DNA of 56,400 nt from a virus (taxonomy: Duplodnaviria > Caudoviricetes): positions 1-56,400 of IMG/VR virus record IMGVR_UViG_3300020121_000067; one strand, written 5' to 3'. This document shows, piece after piece, positions 1 through 9,199 of the stretch. The number at the start of each line of letters is the position of its first letter. The first letter of the stretch is position 1. A program made the position numbers and the translations under genes. A model generated the notes under the pieces. That model searched no databases. It was not told the DNA's origin and saw nothing but the letters and a program-made list of their open reading frames with translations.

Positions 1-127
1 ATGGGAACTGCGCGGATATGTTGGTCTCCTGCGATACTCCATTCACCAGCGTGAACGCGGTCACCTTGATGTACGCAGTCCCAGTTCCAATGAACCAGCC
101 GGAGCCTATGTCAGCGACCAGCGTGGC
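1..127. repeat. Terminal direct repeat/circular assembly overlap, identical to 56274-56400
   Basis: Exact 127-nt identity (ATGGGAACTG...CCAGCGTGGC) at both ends; it lies inside a gene that reads in frame across the junction. Confidence 0.97.
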
Positions 128-1858
128 AGTCACCTCAGGAGCGGCAGCGAGCGCTACGGGAATCGCCAGCATGTACATCGGCGGGTCAGCGCACTGCGCT
201 CCCTTCGCGAAGTAGGCGAAGTTCCAATCCATCGGTTGAATATCCGGCAGTGTGGGATCGCCGAACAGCCACGGGCGAATGTCCTCGGAGATCAGGCGGT
301 CCCGCGTGCCATCGAAGATCGCCACGCCAAGGTGCGTCAGCCGTGCCACGCCGAATCCGGGAAGGAACTGCGTGCTCCGCGAGGCGATACATCCCATGTC
401 GGTCTGTGCGCGCTGGATGGAGAAGTTGCTACTACCGAAGACGCCGTTGATCTGGAACGTGCTGAAGTTCTTGAACGCGATTAGAGATCCGGTGGGTGGG
501 ATGCCTGCCTCGGCGATGGTGTAAGGCTGCAACCCCGTGCCGTAGTCGCTGTCATCGCGGTCGAGGAAGGCGGTATTCAGCGGGTTCCATGAGTTCTGGT
601 TGTTGATGTCGGACATCTTCAGGCAACTTGGCCCGTCGAGCTCATCGGCGGTCGTGGTGGGCTGCGTGTTCAGCAGCCAGAGGGAGCCGGCATAGACGCA
701 GCAGTGTGCTGCTCCCCGGGGAGCAATGTTGGCGTTGGTGATTCCAGTGTTCTGCCAGATGATGTTGTTGTCTCCCACGATCTGGTTCTTGGTCTGCGGC
801 CATGTGGGAGCAGCCCCGCCACTGACCCCGCCCTGCGTGGCTTTGAATACGAAGTTGCCCGCGTTGCCTACCGTAGGCAGGATCACGTCTCCGGCTTGGT
901 GAGTCGCCGCGGCTACGAAGTTCGGATAGGACGCAGTGAACGTGTTCGTGAGCGCGGTCATCGTGGGCGGAGCGCCGTCGGTGATCGCCTGCGGTGGGAA
1001 GGAGTTCCCCGGAGCGATGATGATCTTGTTGTTGAACTGCACCATCTGCGGGAGCGGGGATATGTTGCCGATCACGCCGCCGGATGCGTTCGGCGGGCCA
1101 CCGGAACCTGCTCCCGTGCCACCTGTGCCACCACCACCTCCACCGATGTCGCCGGGAGTGCCGTCCTGCGGGGCGATGGCATCCGCTGGGAGAATGGCGA
1201 TGACCTGCGCGACGCCGTAGATAGGAGCGGTGATCTGATACACCGGACACTGCTGCGTGTTGTTGGTCGTGGGTGGGGCCTGTGTTCCTAGGGCTAAGCC
1301 GTTGTCCTGAAAGGTAGTGGCCCCGGCAGCTGCGGTGCCGATCTTGAGGTATCCGGACACGGTGTTCACCGGAGCGCGGTAGATATTGAATCCCCCAGCG
1401 GCGTTGGTGACTCCCGGCCATGTGAGGTTGATCAGGTGATTGGCCACGATAGCAAGACTGTTGGAGGTGCGACCGGGAGTCTCGCCGCCCGCGCCGTCGA
1501 GCGCGGTGATTACATAGCTGTAGGTTCCAGCGCCGAGAGTACCACCCGCTCCGCCATCGGCCGCAGTCAGCGAGGCCGGCGCCACGATCTGGGTGCTGTA
1601 GTCTTTCTTCACTCCCACGTAGTAGCGGTTCGCGTTAGTTGGCTGGTAGAGAGCGATCTCCGTCCACGGCCCGGTGCCAGGCTGGAGGGCTGAGTTCAGC
1701 CGGGATATGATGAGCGACCCGTCGCAGGTGATGAGTGATCCCCGCTTGGAGTAGACGAGGTTGGAAATGCGGGCGACGGAGCCGGGGGGCTGGGACTGGT
1801 CTCCGGTAGTACCTACGAGGCCCTTCTTAAAATTTTTCTGTGAGATGGTTTTGCTCAC
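1..1858 (-). CDS. Tail nozzle/head-closure protein (P22 gp10 / tail tubular B-like), N-terminal part; continues across the origin to 55555 (~858 aa in total)
   Basis: GTG at 1858 overlaps the upstream TGA (MSKTISQKNFKKGLVG...). The frame was open wherever spot-checked, is absent from the ORF track because it runs off the end, and is in frame with 55555..56337. Beta-rich, GC..RS-type motif (DMGCIASRS), position after the adaptor gene. Confidence 0.75.
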   Translation of the reverse strand, partial: MSKTISQKNFKKGLVGTTGDQSQPPGSVARISNLVYSKRGSLITCDGSLIISRLNSALQPGTGPWTEIALYQPTNANRYYVGVKKDYSTQIVAPASLTAADGGAGGTLGAGTYSYVITALDGAGGETPGRTSNSLAIVANHLINLTWPGVTNAAGGFNIYRAPVNTVSGYLKIGTAAAGATTFQDNGLALGTQAPPTTNNTQQCPVYQITAPIYGVAQVIAILPADAIAPQDGTPGDIGGGGGGTGGTGAGSGGPPNASGGVIGNISPLPQMVQFNNKIIIAPGNSFPPQAITDGAPPTMTALTNTFTASYPNFVAAATHQAGDVILPTVGNAGNFVFKATQGGVSGGAAPTWPQTKNQIVGDNNIIWQNTGITNANIAPRGAAHCCVYAGSLWLLNTQPTTTADELDGPSCLKMSDINNQNSWNPLNTAFLDRDDSDYGTGLQPYTIAEAGIPPTGSLIAFKNFSTFQINGVFGSSNFSIQRAQTDMGCIASRSTQFLPGFGVARLTHLGVAIFDGTRDRLISEDIRPWLFGDPTLPDIQPMDWNFAYFAKGAQCADPPMYMLAIPVALAAAPEVTATLVADIGSGWFIGTGTAYIKVTAFTLVNGVSQETNISAQFP

Positions 1859-3123
1859 GGAACGATGACCCCACCGAAGAAGCTCCCGAGGCCGGGATAG
1901 GTCTCTACTCCGCGTGCACCGCCGATCTGAATCTGCCTCGGCCCTCCTATCGGCTTGTTCAGTGGCGATGACTGGATGATCGTCTCAAACAACTTATACT
2001 GCTCGGATGCTCCCTTGTAATCGCGCTCCACTGTCTTGAACCGGTGAAGTAGATAGTGATCCAGCGCAGACTTCCATCCCGGCGGGACGTTGAGAATCGC
2101 CGTGGACTGGCCGATCTTATATCGCGGCGGGATTCTAAGCCCGTGGAAGAAGATGTTCAATTCGGTCACGGGAGTAGCCGCCGCCCACGCGCGCGCAATG
2201 GTGCCACCCAAGCCGCGCACCACGAGGGTGATTGAGCTGCCTCCCGTCACGGAAGAATAATATGCGATTTCAATGTTGCCGAGCGAGTCCGGCCCCAGCA
2301 GTACGAGTCCCATCGGAAGCACAAAGGACGTGGCTCCGGCAGCACAGGCGATGGTTCCGGTCTGCGCGGCGGTGATGGCCGGGGTGAGAGTCATCACTCC
2401 GGACGTGCGAGACGGCTGCGGCCACGCTTCGATGATCACGCGCTCGGAGACGGAGGACACCACGAAGGACATCGCGTAGTTCCCCGTGACCTTGTTCTTG
2501 CGGAAGATGGTGTCCGTGCCGGAGATCGACATCGGATAGCCGTCGTACCACGCCTTGTCGGCCTTCCACCAGTTGCCAGTGAGGGTGTAGATGCCCTGCC
2601 CTGCGACGGACGCTACACCGGACACATCCGGCAATCCCCCGCCACACTTAGCCGCTCCATCTTCGAGGCCGTCATTGATCCAGCGGTACACGGCGAACGC
2701 GGAGATGGCCTTGCCGTCGGAATCTGGCATGAAGGCGTTGTTACGAACATTCGGGATGTCGGAGTAGCCAGCGTCTAGGCCTACGATATCGAGCGGTAGC
2801 GTGGTGGAGCTGAGGCAGAAGTTCTCCTGCCCAGAGACGATGCCAATGTAGGCGGCTATCTCGGTGACTCCGAGGGGAAGGGTTCCGGACACGCGAATGC
2901 CGTGCCCCGCGTCCACAGCGAACGGGCTGGTCTCGGAGCTGGGGAGTGTCTCGCCCCAAGCGGTGCGATAGGCCAGCTTGACGAAGTAATTTCCCGAGGG
3001 GAGGGTGTTGGCCGTGGCGATGAGAGCGACCGTGACTTCCGCGCCGGGCGGTGACAGGGCCCCGGTTGGAACATCAACAGCAGCTTCGCGCAAACCGAGA
3101 ATGAGATCGCCAACGGTCGGAAT
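1855..3123 (-). CDS. Head-tail adaptor (tail tubular A / P22 gp4-like) with inserted beta domains
   Basis: 412-aa ORF extendable to an ATT at 3123 behind GGAGG; C-terminal 'VPPGWKSALDHYLLHRFK' adaptor-like helices; position between capsid and nozzle genes. Confidence 0.6.
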   Translation of the reverse strand: MPTVGDLILGLREAAVDVPTGALSPPGAEVTVALIATANTLPSGNYFVKLAYRTAWGETLPSSETSPFAVDAGHGIRVSGTLPLGVTEIAAYIGIVSGQENFCLSSTTLPLDIVGLDAGYSDIPNVRNNAFMPDSDGKAISAFAVYRWINDGLEDGAAKCGGGLPDVSGVASVAGQGIYTLTGNWWKADKAWYDGYPMSISGTDTIFRKNKVTGNYAMSFVVSSVSERVIIEAWPQPSRTSGVMTLTPAITAAQTGTIACAAGATSFVLPMGLVLLGPDSLGNIEIAYYSSVTGGSSITLVVRGLGGTIARAWAAATPVTELNIFFHGLRIPPRYKIGQSTAILNVPPGWKSALDHYLLHRFKTVERDYKGASEQYKLFETIIQSSPLNKPIGGPRQIQIGGARGVETYPGLGSFFGGVIVP

Positions 3124-3135
3124 GGGACACCTCCC

Positions 3136-3393
3136 TTAAGTCTGAGAGTCTATCCCTACTACTGTAACAGCTGACTCGATGGCGGCTTGGTCAGCCGGGG
3201 CCACGGCGATATACATCGTGACAGTGGAGCCTACCTGCCAGCTCTGGAGGATCGAGGGAGAGAGCGTCATCAGCACGATAGGCCCAGCGAATCCTGATCC
3301 TGCCGGAGTGATGGTCACCTCGGTGTACGGGGACAGCTCCGGCCCGTTGGATATGCCGAGGAACTGTCCCGTGATCTTGGCTACGATGCTCAT
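3136..3393 (-). CDS. Small virion-associated hypothetical protein
   Basis: 85-aa ORF packed in the structural operon. Confidence 0.6.
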   Translation of the reverse strand: MSIVAKITGQFLGISNGPELSPYTEVTITPAGSGFAGPIVLMTLSPSILQSWQVGSTVTMYIAVAPADQAAIESAVTVVGIDSQT

Positions 3394-3413
3394 GGCGTCT
3401 CAATCACCCTGCC

Positions 3414-3839
3414 TTACACCATCGCAACTTCCATGTCCCAGGTGGAGGTGTTAACTCCGGTGGTGATGGTGGCGGTGACAGAGGTAATGCTGAGTTCCGT
3501 GTTGAACTCGTAAGTCAGATCCACAAGCGTGCCGGCGGGAGTGACCACTGCTGGGGTGGTGATGGCAACGACAGACACGCCATCCGTCACGGTGATGGTG
3601 ACCATGAGGATGGTAGTAGCCGCGTTAACCGACACCGTGCGCAGCCGCACGCGACCGCGCGACGGCGCAGGCCCACCGCTGGTGTTGAACGCGGTTCCGC
3701 CTGCGGGCGTGGTGGCACCGGTGGCGGGGATAATCATGGAGAAGGTTCCGGCAGCCTGCACGTTTCCTTCTACCTTGCCGTAGTTGGACGCGGAGCCGAA
3801 TCCGGGGAATGATTCTTTTATGCTACGAGTGAACGCCAT
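3414..3839 (-). CDS. Putative capsid decoration/cement protein
   Basis: 141 aa, T/V/G-rich beta composition, GGAGG RBS, directly after the capsid gene. Confidence 0.6.
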   Translation of the reverse strand: MAFTRSIKESFPGFGSASNYGKVEGNVQAAGTFSMIIPATGATTPAGGTAFNTSGGPAPSRGRVRLRTVSVNAATTILMVTITVTDGVSVVAITTPAVVTPAGTLVDLTYEFNTELSITSVTATITTGVNTSTWDMEVAMV

Positions 3840-3967
3840 ATGATGCCTCCATCAATCTTGTCTGCGGCGGTGCTGATACTATGCCGGGTGATGATGCAGT
3901 GGCACCACCCGGCTTTCCCTCCAGAGGTGTTGCCACCGCTGGCCCGGAATTAACAATCTAAAGCCAA

Positions 3968-4954
3968 TCAGGCTATGCCCGTCACTTTTATGCCCATCCG
4001 TGGCGAAATATTTGACAATTGCCAGGTAAGGTACAAAGTGGAGACCAAGACACGTTGGTTGGTTGGCTTCATAAATGGATCCACATTAAAGTAATCCGCT
4101 TCATGAAACACCGGGAACATGTACTTCGAGTTCAGCAGATACGCCACATTCGCCGGACAGAAGAAATCCGGGATCGTGATCGCGTTGTTGAACAGGAAGT
4201 GGTTGCGGAATCCCACCTGCAAGGCTTCATCATCCTGCATGCCCTGGCCAAAGCGGATCAGCCCGGTGAAGGCGTTCTTGAAGTTGGCATAGCGCGTGCG
4301 GTCCATCGGGAACATGTCCGGCTCGTCGTAGCCCCAGGTGACGGTCTGGTAGGCGACCTCGGCGATTGCCGCCTGAAGGTTGCCGCCGCCGTTGGCCTGG
4401 TTCGCCGGGGGCTGAAAGAAAGCGTTCGCCGCCTGCGAGCGGTCGATGCCTGCGATGGTGTTGGCGGTCTGCCCCACCCAGCTGTCGATGTCGTCGATGT
4501 CGTTGGTCGTGTTCTGCGGCGCGGTGTGCCAGAGCGCGCGGGAGAGTTTTTGCAGGAACGATGCCGAGGCGGTTTGATACTTCGCCCGGATGATGTCGAG
4601 GTTCCCGGCCCCGCCGCGGTTCAGGATGATGTCGGTGATCGGGATGACAATCGGCTGCCGGATCGGGCGCCACTGTTGATTGGCCGGCTGGATCGAGTCC
4701 ACCACGGAGGTATCGAGGAGCTGATCGCCGAAGTAGCTGCCGCCGGGGGTCTCTTCCTGGTTGATCTCCGGGAAGATCAGCTCGCCCGCTCCGAACTTCT
4801 TGCCCTCGCGGGTGAAGCCCCAGAACACGGGGGACGGACGGAACACGTTGTCACCGAGCACCGGGACGATGTACTTCTGCGAGATGGCGTTGACGGTGTT
4901 CGAGAGTTGGACTGGCGGGGATGCGAGTCCGAGTCCTACGACGCTGGGTGCCAT
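3968..4954 (-). CDS. Major capsid protein (HK97 fold)
   Basis: 328 aa, AAGGAG RBS, 'TIAGIDRS' and 'AYLLNSKYM' capsid-type motifs, follows a scaffold-like gene. Confidence 0.85.
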   Translation of the reverse strand: MAPSVVGLGLASPPVQLSNTVNAISQKYIVPVLGDNVFRPSPVFWGFTREGKKFGAGELIFPEINQEETPGGSYFGDQLLDTSVVDSIQPANQQWRPIRQPIVIPITDIILNRGGAGNLDIIRAKYQTASASFLQKLSRALWHTAPQNTTNDIDDIDSWVGQTANTIAGIDRSQAANAFFQPPANQANGGGNLQAAIAEVAYQTVTWGYDEPDMFPMDRTRYANFKNAFTGLIRFGQGMQDDEALQVGFRNHFLFNNAITIPDFFCPANVAYLLNSKYMFPVFHEADYFNVDPFMKPTNQRVLVSTLYLTWQLSNISPRMGIKVTGIA

Positions 4955-5022
4955 GTTGTTGCTCCTTCGGGTGGTGCTTAGATTTCTGTTTCAACTTCGG
5001 CTTGCTGATACTTGTGTTGCTA

Positions 5023-5892
5023 TTACGCGCTGCCTGCGGGAACTCCCGCGAGCATGTGCTGAATGTCTGTGTCGTTCAGAGCTTCGTGAAGCTGATGCTC
5101 GATGGTGTGCGTGCGGCCCTTGTCATCCACCGGAGGCTTCATGTGCGAATGTCCGGGAGCACCTGCTCCGGGGCGAACGCTGTCGGCCAGCTGCTGCTGC
5201 CGAGCGCGCTCAGCGCCACGGGCTTCGGCGGCTTCGATTTCCTTCTTGTGCCGGGCCTCGTAGGTCAGGTCGCTGACCGCCTTCTGGATGTTGTACCGCC
5301 CAGTCTTGTCGCGGAGGTTGTTATCGTCGGCGTACTTCAGCGCGGTCGGGAGGTCGAGCTTCACGCCTTCAGGGATGTCCTTGGAGAGGTCGCGGAAGGT
5401 GCGGTCGTAGTGATCGTCCATGTTGACCTTTAGCGCGATGCCGAGGGCCTTGCGCGTGTCGGCGAGGTCTTTCTCAATCTTGGTGATGGCGGCTGCGGAG
5501 GTGGCGGAGCCGAGTTTCTTCTCCAGCCGTTTTTCCAGCGCGGTGAGAATTCTGGGATCCACGTCAGCGAGTAGCTCAGCGTCGGGATCGTCATCGGCAT
5601 CGGGAGCCTTGCCCCTGCGCGGAGTGATGCTCTCCAGCCGTCCCTCGATCAGGTCGTCGATGGGGATGCCCATCTTCTCCGCCACGGTCTGTAGCGTAGT
5701 CGCCAGCGCAGACTGCGCACGCACGAGATTCGCCTCGCGGGCTTCGAGCTCAGCTGTAGAACCACCTTCCGATTCCGCGTCCATCGAGCGGAGTTCGCCC
5801 ACGGTGAAGGACTCATCTCCGACGGCGATAACCATGTCGTCCTTGAGGGATTTGTTTTCGATGATTTTCTGCAATTTTCCGGGCTTCTTCAT
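5023..5892 (-). CDS. Capsid scaffolding protein
   Basis: Acidic, helical/coiled-coil 289 aa directly upstream of the capsid gene. Confidence 0.7.
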   Translation of the reverse strand: MKKPGKLQKIIENKSLKDDMVIAVGDESFTVGELRSMDAESEGGSTAELEAREANLVRAQSALATTLQTVAEKMGIPIDDLIEGRLESITPRRGKAPDADDDPDAELLADVDPRILTALEKRLEKKLGSATSAAAITKIEKDLADTRKALGIALKVNMDDHYDRTFRDLSKDIPEGVKLDLPTALKYADDNNLRDKTGRYNIQKAVSDLTYEARHKKEIEAAEARGAERARQQQLADSVRPGAGAPGHSHMKPPVDDKGRTHTIEHQLHEALNDTDIQHMLAGVPAGSA

Positions 5893-5913
5893 TGTCGTCT
5901 CCTAGAACTTGTG

Positions 5914-6345
5914 TTACATTCCCCCGCCGCCGCCCACGTCATCCCCGCCACCACCACCCGCCTGTTGCATCATCCCCGGAGGGAGATTCGCCGAGTTGGC
6001 GATCTGCGGTCGCACCGCGTTGAGCGTGGCAGCCGCCTTCTGGATGGGTTCCTTGGCTTTGGAGATGGCTTTCTGAGCGTCAGCGATTTTCTGCGCCGCG
6101 TCCGGGACTTGGGTAATCATCTGGATGTAGAGGCCGGACAGTGCTTGGTTGATGCGGTCGAGCATCTTGATCGCGGCCTGCGGGTCGGCACCGGACAGCC
6201 CCTGGTACTGGGATTGGAGTTGGTCACCCGCCACGTCCGGAGATGCTACACCGGCGGCACCGCCACCCGGCTGCCCACGTTGCGCGAGCCGCTCCATGAT
6301 CTTCTGCGTCAGCAGAGCGGACATCGGACTGGTGCCAGCGGCCAC
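5914..6345 (-). CDS. Hypothetical protein (Q/G/A-rich, helical)
   Basis: 143-aa ORF in the head operon. Confidence 0.65.
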   Translation of the reverse strand: MAAGTSPMSALLTQKIMERLAQRGQPGGGAAGVASPDVAGDQLQSQYQGLSGADPQAAIKMLDRINQALSGLYIQMITQVPDAAQKIADAQKAISKAKEPIQKAAATLNAVRPQIANSANLPPGMMQQAGGGGGDDVGGGGGM

Positions 6346-6348
6346 GAG

Positions 6349-6468
6349 TTATCCCCTCTTGCCCTTGCGGAACCCGCCGCGCTTGGTGTTGTGGGACTTG
6401 TGGCGGATGGTGCCGCGCATGCCGTACTGACCCGAGCCCTTCAGTGATTTTCCACGGTTGTGAGACAT
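6349..6468 (-). CDS. Basic micropeptide, 39 aa (MSHNRGKSLKGSGQYGMRGTIRHKSHNTKRGGFRKGKRG)
   Basis: AGGAGG 6 nt before ATG; fills the gap; not in the ORF track. Confidence 0.75.
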   Translation of the reverse strand: MSHNRGKSLKGSGQYGMRGTIRHKSHNTKRGGFRKGKRG

Positions 6469-6478
6469 CGCGGACCTC

Positions 6479-6640
6479 CTATTTCTTTTTCTTTCCGGGG
6501 ATGAAGCCGAGCGGGTCGCCGGGCTTCAGGACGGGCGAGTTGTTGACATTTGGGCCCTTCTCACCGTGCGGAGCCCCCACCGTCAGTGGGGACTTTAAAA
6601 TTTCCTTATCGAATGTGTTGCCGAACTTTTCAGGTGCCAT
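6479..6640 (-). CDS. Small protein, 53 aa (MAPEKFGNTFDKEIL...GFIPGKKKK)
   Basis: GAGGAG RBS; its stop overlaps the next RBS. Confidence 0.75.
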   Translation of the reverse strand: MAPEKFGNTFDKEILKSPLTVGAPHGEKGPNVNNSPVLKPGDPLGFIPGKKKK

Positions 6641-6747
6641 CGCTGCATCTCCTCACGCAATCGGTTGATGAATCCCGCCCCGGCAGGTGCGTGGCCTGCC
6701 GGAACCGAGATAACTGTGTTTCCCCTTGCTACTTATCGCTTCCGGAA

Positions 6748-6801
6748 CTACTTCCGTCCGCGATGCTTACGATGACCGCCACGTTTGTGCTTTCTCGCCA
6801 T
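6748..6801 (-). CDS. Protamine-like micropeptide, 17 aa (MARKHKRGGHRKHRGRK)
   Basis: AAGGAGG RBS 9 nt upstream; after MA every residue is R, K, H or G. Confidence 0.7.
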   Translation of the reverse strand: MARKHKRGGHRKHRGRK

Positions 6802-6905
6802 GGTAGTGATCCTCCTTCGCTGGTATTAGCCTGCGTACTGTGCTTGCTGCATACCGCCCGAGGCGCGAAGGCCAGCGCTAACGGGAGGTTCCGGGGAACC
6901 GAATG

Positions 6906-7172
6906 TCATGTGCCAGCGGCCATCGCCATCTCCATCTCTGGAGTGACTGCATGCTGCGGGTGCCTGGCGTCACCGTAGAGGTCGATCATCGTCTGCGCGG
7001 AGCGAGTGAGGTAGGAGATGAAGTCTGCTTCCTCGCGGTACTGTTCGCGGCAGGAGGCGTGAACCTCCATGCTGGGAGAGAGTACCCCGTCGATGGCAAC
7101 CTGCACGTCGAAGTACTCGCCCTCTTTGCGGAGACGAATGATTTCAATCTTCGGTGATGTCGCTGTGGTCAC
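6906..7172 (-). CDS. Hypothetical protein
   Basis: ORF 6906..7190; likely GTG start at 7172, 6 nt after a TATGCT -10-like box. Confidence 0.6.
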   Translation of the reverse strand: MTTATSPKIEIIRLRKEGEYFDVQVAIDGVLSPSMEVHASCREQYREEADFISYLTRSAQTMIDLYGDARHPQHAVTPEMEMAMAAGT

Positions 7173-7241
7173 GGGGAGAGCATACAGCAAGGGCAGACGT
7201 ATGTAATAAGAGTTATGACAGTGATGCGGAACGCGGGAGAG

Positions 7242-7457
7242 TCAGATGATGTTCTGAATCCACAGCCTGCCGCGACGATCCCGCATGTGTGGAATGGAGA
7301 ACGCAGACAAGCGACCCGTGCGGTGCCACATGTAGACCGTGTTCAGCGGGCGGTGTACGGCGCGTGCGTACTCGGCGGGGGTCAGCCAGTGGTTGCGCCA
7401 CTCGAAGCGGAGGAGGGTGGAGCAGTCGGCGATGGCGGGGAGGATGGAGTCGCTCAT
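7242..7457 (-). CDS. Xis/MerR-like helix-turn-helix DNA-binding protein
   Basis: 'LTPAEYARAVHRPLNTVYMWHRTGRL' matches the excisionase-type HTH pattern; ATGA overlap with the portal gene. Confidence 0.65.
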   Translation of the reverse strand: MSDSILPAIADCSTLLRFEWRNHWLTPAEYARAVHRPLNTVYMWHRTGRLSAFSIPHMRDRRGRLWIQNII

Positions 7458-9199
7458 CGACGTGTACCTCGCGCGCGGGCCATTGCTTCGAGGGCAAGTT
7501 CCTGCTCGTGCTCCCGCGCTATTTCCTCCGCGTGTGGGAAGTTCAGCATGTTCAATCCACGGCGCACGGAGAGAATCTTGTTCTTCATCAGTTCCGGAGC
7601 CATCTTGCGCAGCACGGTCTGCGACAGCGGCTGGATGGATGCTTCATCCACTTCCACGTCGAAGATGTCCGGGCGACCTTGCATGAGATAGTCCAGCGGC
7701 TTCCATTCGACTGGCTTGCGGCCTTCGTCGGAAGGCACGAGGTTAGTGCGGTGGAGGTGGTAGAACCGGGCCATCGAGTAGAACCACAGTTCAGAGAAGA
7801 GTTGGAAGCTGACCGCTCCGAGGCGACCGCGCAGTTGAGTCAGCCCTTGCGCACGGAGCACGGACTCGTCATACAGCTCTGGACTGAGATTCCCCGCTCC
7901 GGGATTGCCACTGCGCGCCGGGGTGAATCCCTGCAACGCCTTCTGCCGGTCGAGCAGTGACGCCGGTATCTGCGTGAAATGCGCCGGCATCTGCGACGGG
8001 AACACGCACTGCGGAACCTGCGATTGCGGATTGATGACGCACACCTCTCCGGGGATACCGCCAAACGCCTCCACGTCGATGCCGGTGTTCGAGTGGATGA
8101 ACCAGATGCCGTTGTTCAGGCGCACGGCGTTCTCAAAGACGCCGGTCATCAGGCGCTCGGCCACGTTCTGGAGGGTGACGCTATAGCGAATCGCGGGAAC
8201 TCCCCAGATGCCGAACAGCGGTGGCATGGACCAGAACGGCACCGTGGGGAACATACCCAGCGGCCAGGGGTTATCGCCGTCGCTCAATATCCTGCCTTCA
8301 CACTCGATAATCAGGCGACCATTAGGATATTTCCATTCCAAGTCTGGACTGGTGCCATTGCCACGATTCTTGTCCGGGTCGGTAATCTCCCCACCGGGGA
8401 GTTGTTTCTTCTCCACGCGAGCAGCGATGCGAGTGTAGTCCTGGCAGTAGGCGTAGCGCACGCGGAGACGGGTGTCGAATGGAGCTGCCTTGTTCGAGGG
8501 CAGGCCACCGACGGATGCCATCGGGCCGTCGGGCATCGTGAGTCCGGTTCCAGCCGGGCCGAGGAGGGAGTGTCGTGGCGTCGTCGTGGGACGTGATTTC
8601 AATCCGACCGAGGTCAGTGGCCATCGACGGCGGATTTCATCGACGTGTATGTAGTCTTCGAGGATCTCAAACGAGCGGTCGAGATCGTAATCGGTCACCG
8701 GATCAGGATAGTAGCTGGCTGGGTTCCTCGCCTTGGCCCAGAGCATGCCCTTGCCACCACGGGCCTCGGGATTCAGGCCAATTTGCAACACCCCGAGTCC
8801 GCCGAACAGTGACCACAGCATCGCAAACATCGCGTGGTAATTCACCCTCGCCTTGCGCCACTCCGCTTGGAAAGTCTTCTCGCGGTCTTCCTCCTGCGCT
8901 CCGCTCTGTTGATTAGTTATATAAACACGCGGAGATGATTCGCTGAGATCGTTAGCCTCGTAGAGCATCAGGGTTTGTAGCTCTGGGATTTTAATTGACG
9001 GGCGGAAAGTAGGCACAGGCGAACCACTCGCGCCGGAGTCTGAGAGAGTATAGAATTCCTGAATATCTTGGAGATAATTCTGACCAAGTACCTTGTCGCG
9101 TTGCTCAGCGGAGAGGCGCATCCACTCATCCAGGTTGCGAGCCAAGGGTGATATATCAGCGGCCTCGCTGGACTTCTTCGTGGTGAAGACGGTAGCCAT
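7454..9199 (-). CDS. Portal protein (P22-like)
   Basis: 581 aa between terminase and scaffold/capsid; 'ILSDGDNPWPLGMFPTVPF...WGVPAI' portal-type segment. Confidence 0.85.
   Translation of the reverse strand: MATVFTTKKSSEAADISPLARNLDEWMRLSAEQRDKVLGQNYLQDIQEFYTLSDSGASGSPVPTFRPSIKIPELQTLMLYEANDLSESSPRVYITNQQSGAQEEDREKTFQAEWRKARVNYHAMFAMLWSLFGGLGVLQIGLNPEARGGKGMLWAKARNPASYYPDPVTDYDLDRSFEILEDYIHVDEIRRRWPLTSVGLKSRPTTTPRHSLLGPAGTGLTMPDGPMASVGGLPSNKAAPFDTRLRVRYAYCQDYTRIAARVEKKQLPGGEITDPDKNRGNGTSPDLEWKYPNGRLIIECEGRILSDGDNPWPLGMFPTVPFWSMPPLFGIWGVPAIRYSVTLQNVAERLMTGVFENAVRLNNGIWFIHSNTGIDVEAFGGIPGEVCVINPQSQVPQCVFPSQMPAHFTQIPASLLDRQKALQGFTPARSGNPGAGNLSPELYDESVLRAQGLTQLRGRLGAVSFQLFSELWFYSMARFYHLHRTNLVPSDEGRKPVEWKPLDYLMQGRPDIFDVEVDEASIQPLSQTVLRKMAPELMKNKILSVRRGLNMLNFPHAEEIAREHEQELALEAMARARGTRR

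Noticed and set aside
1-127. 127-bp terminal repeat as the biological phage terminus
   Set aside because: It falls mid-gene and its length equals a common assembler k-mer; best read as a circularisation overlap
3880-3945. SAM-I riboswitch (GGCAAC, GGAGGGA, GGTGCCA words)
   Set aside because: Elements are in the wrong order and P1/AUC is missing
642-4981. Long alternative-frame/antisense ORFs (642..1421, 704..1291, 4019..4981) and similar ones elsewhere
   Set aside because: Shadows of GC-rich coding frames, without RBS or protein-like composition
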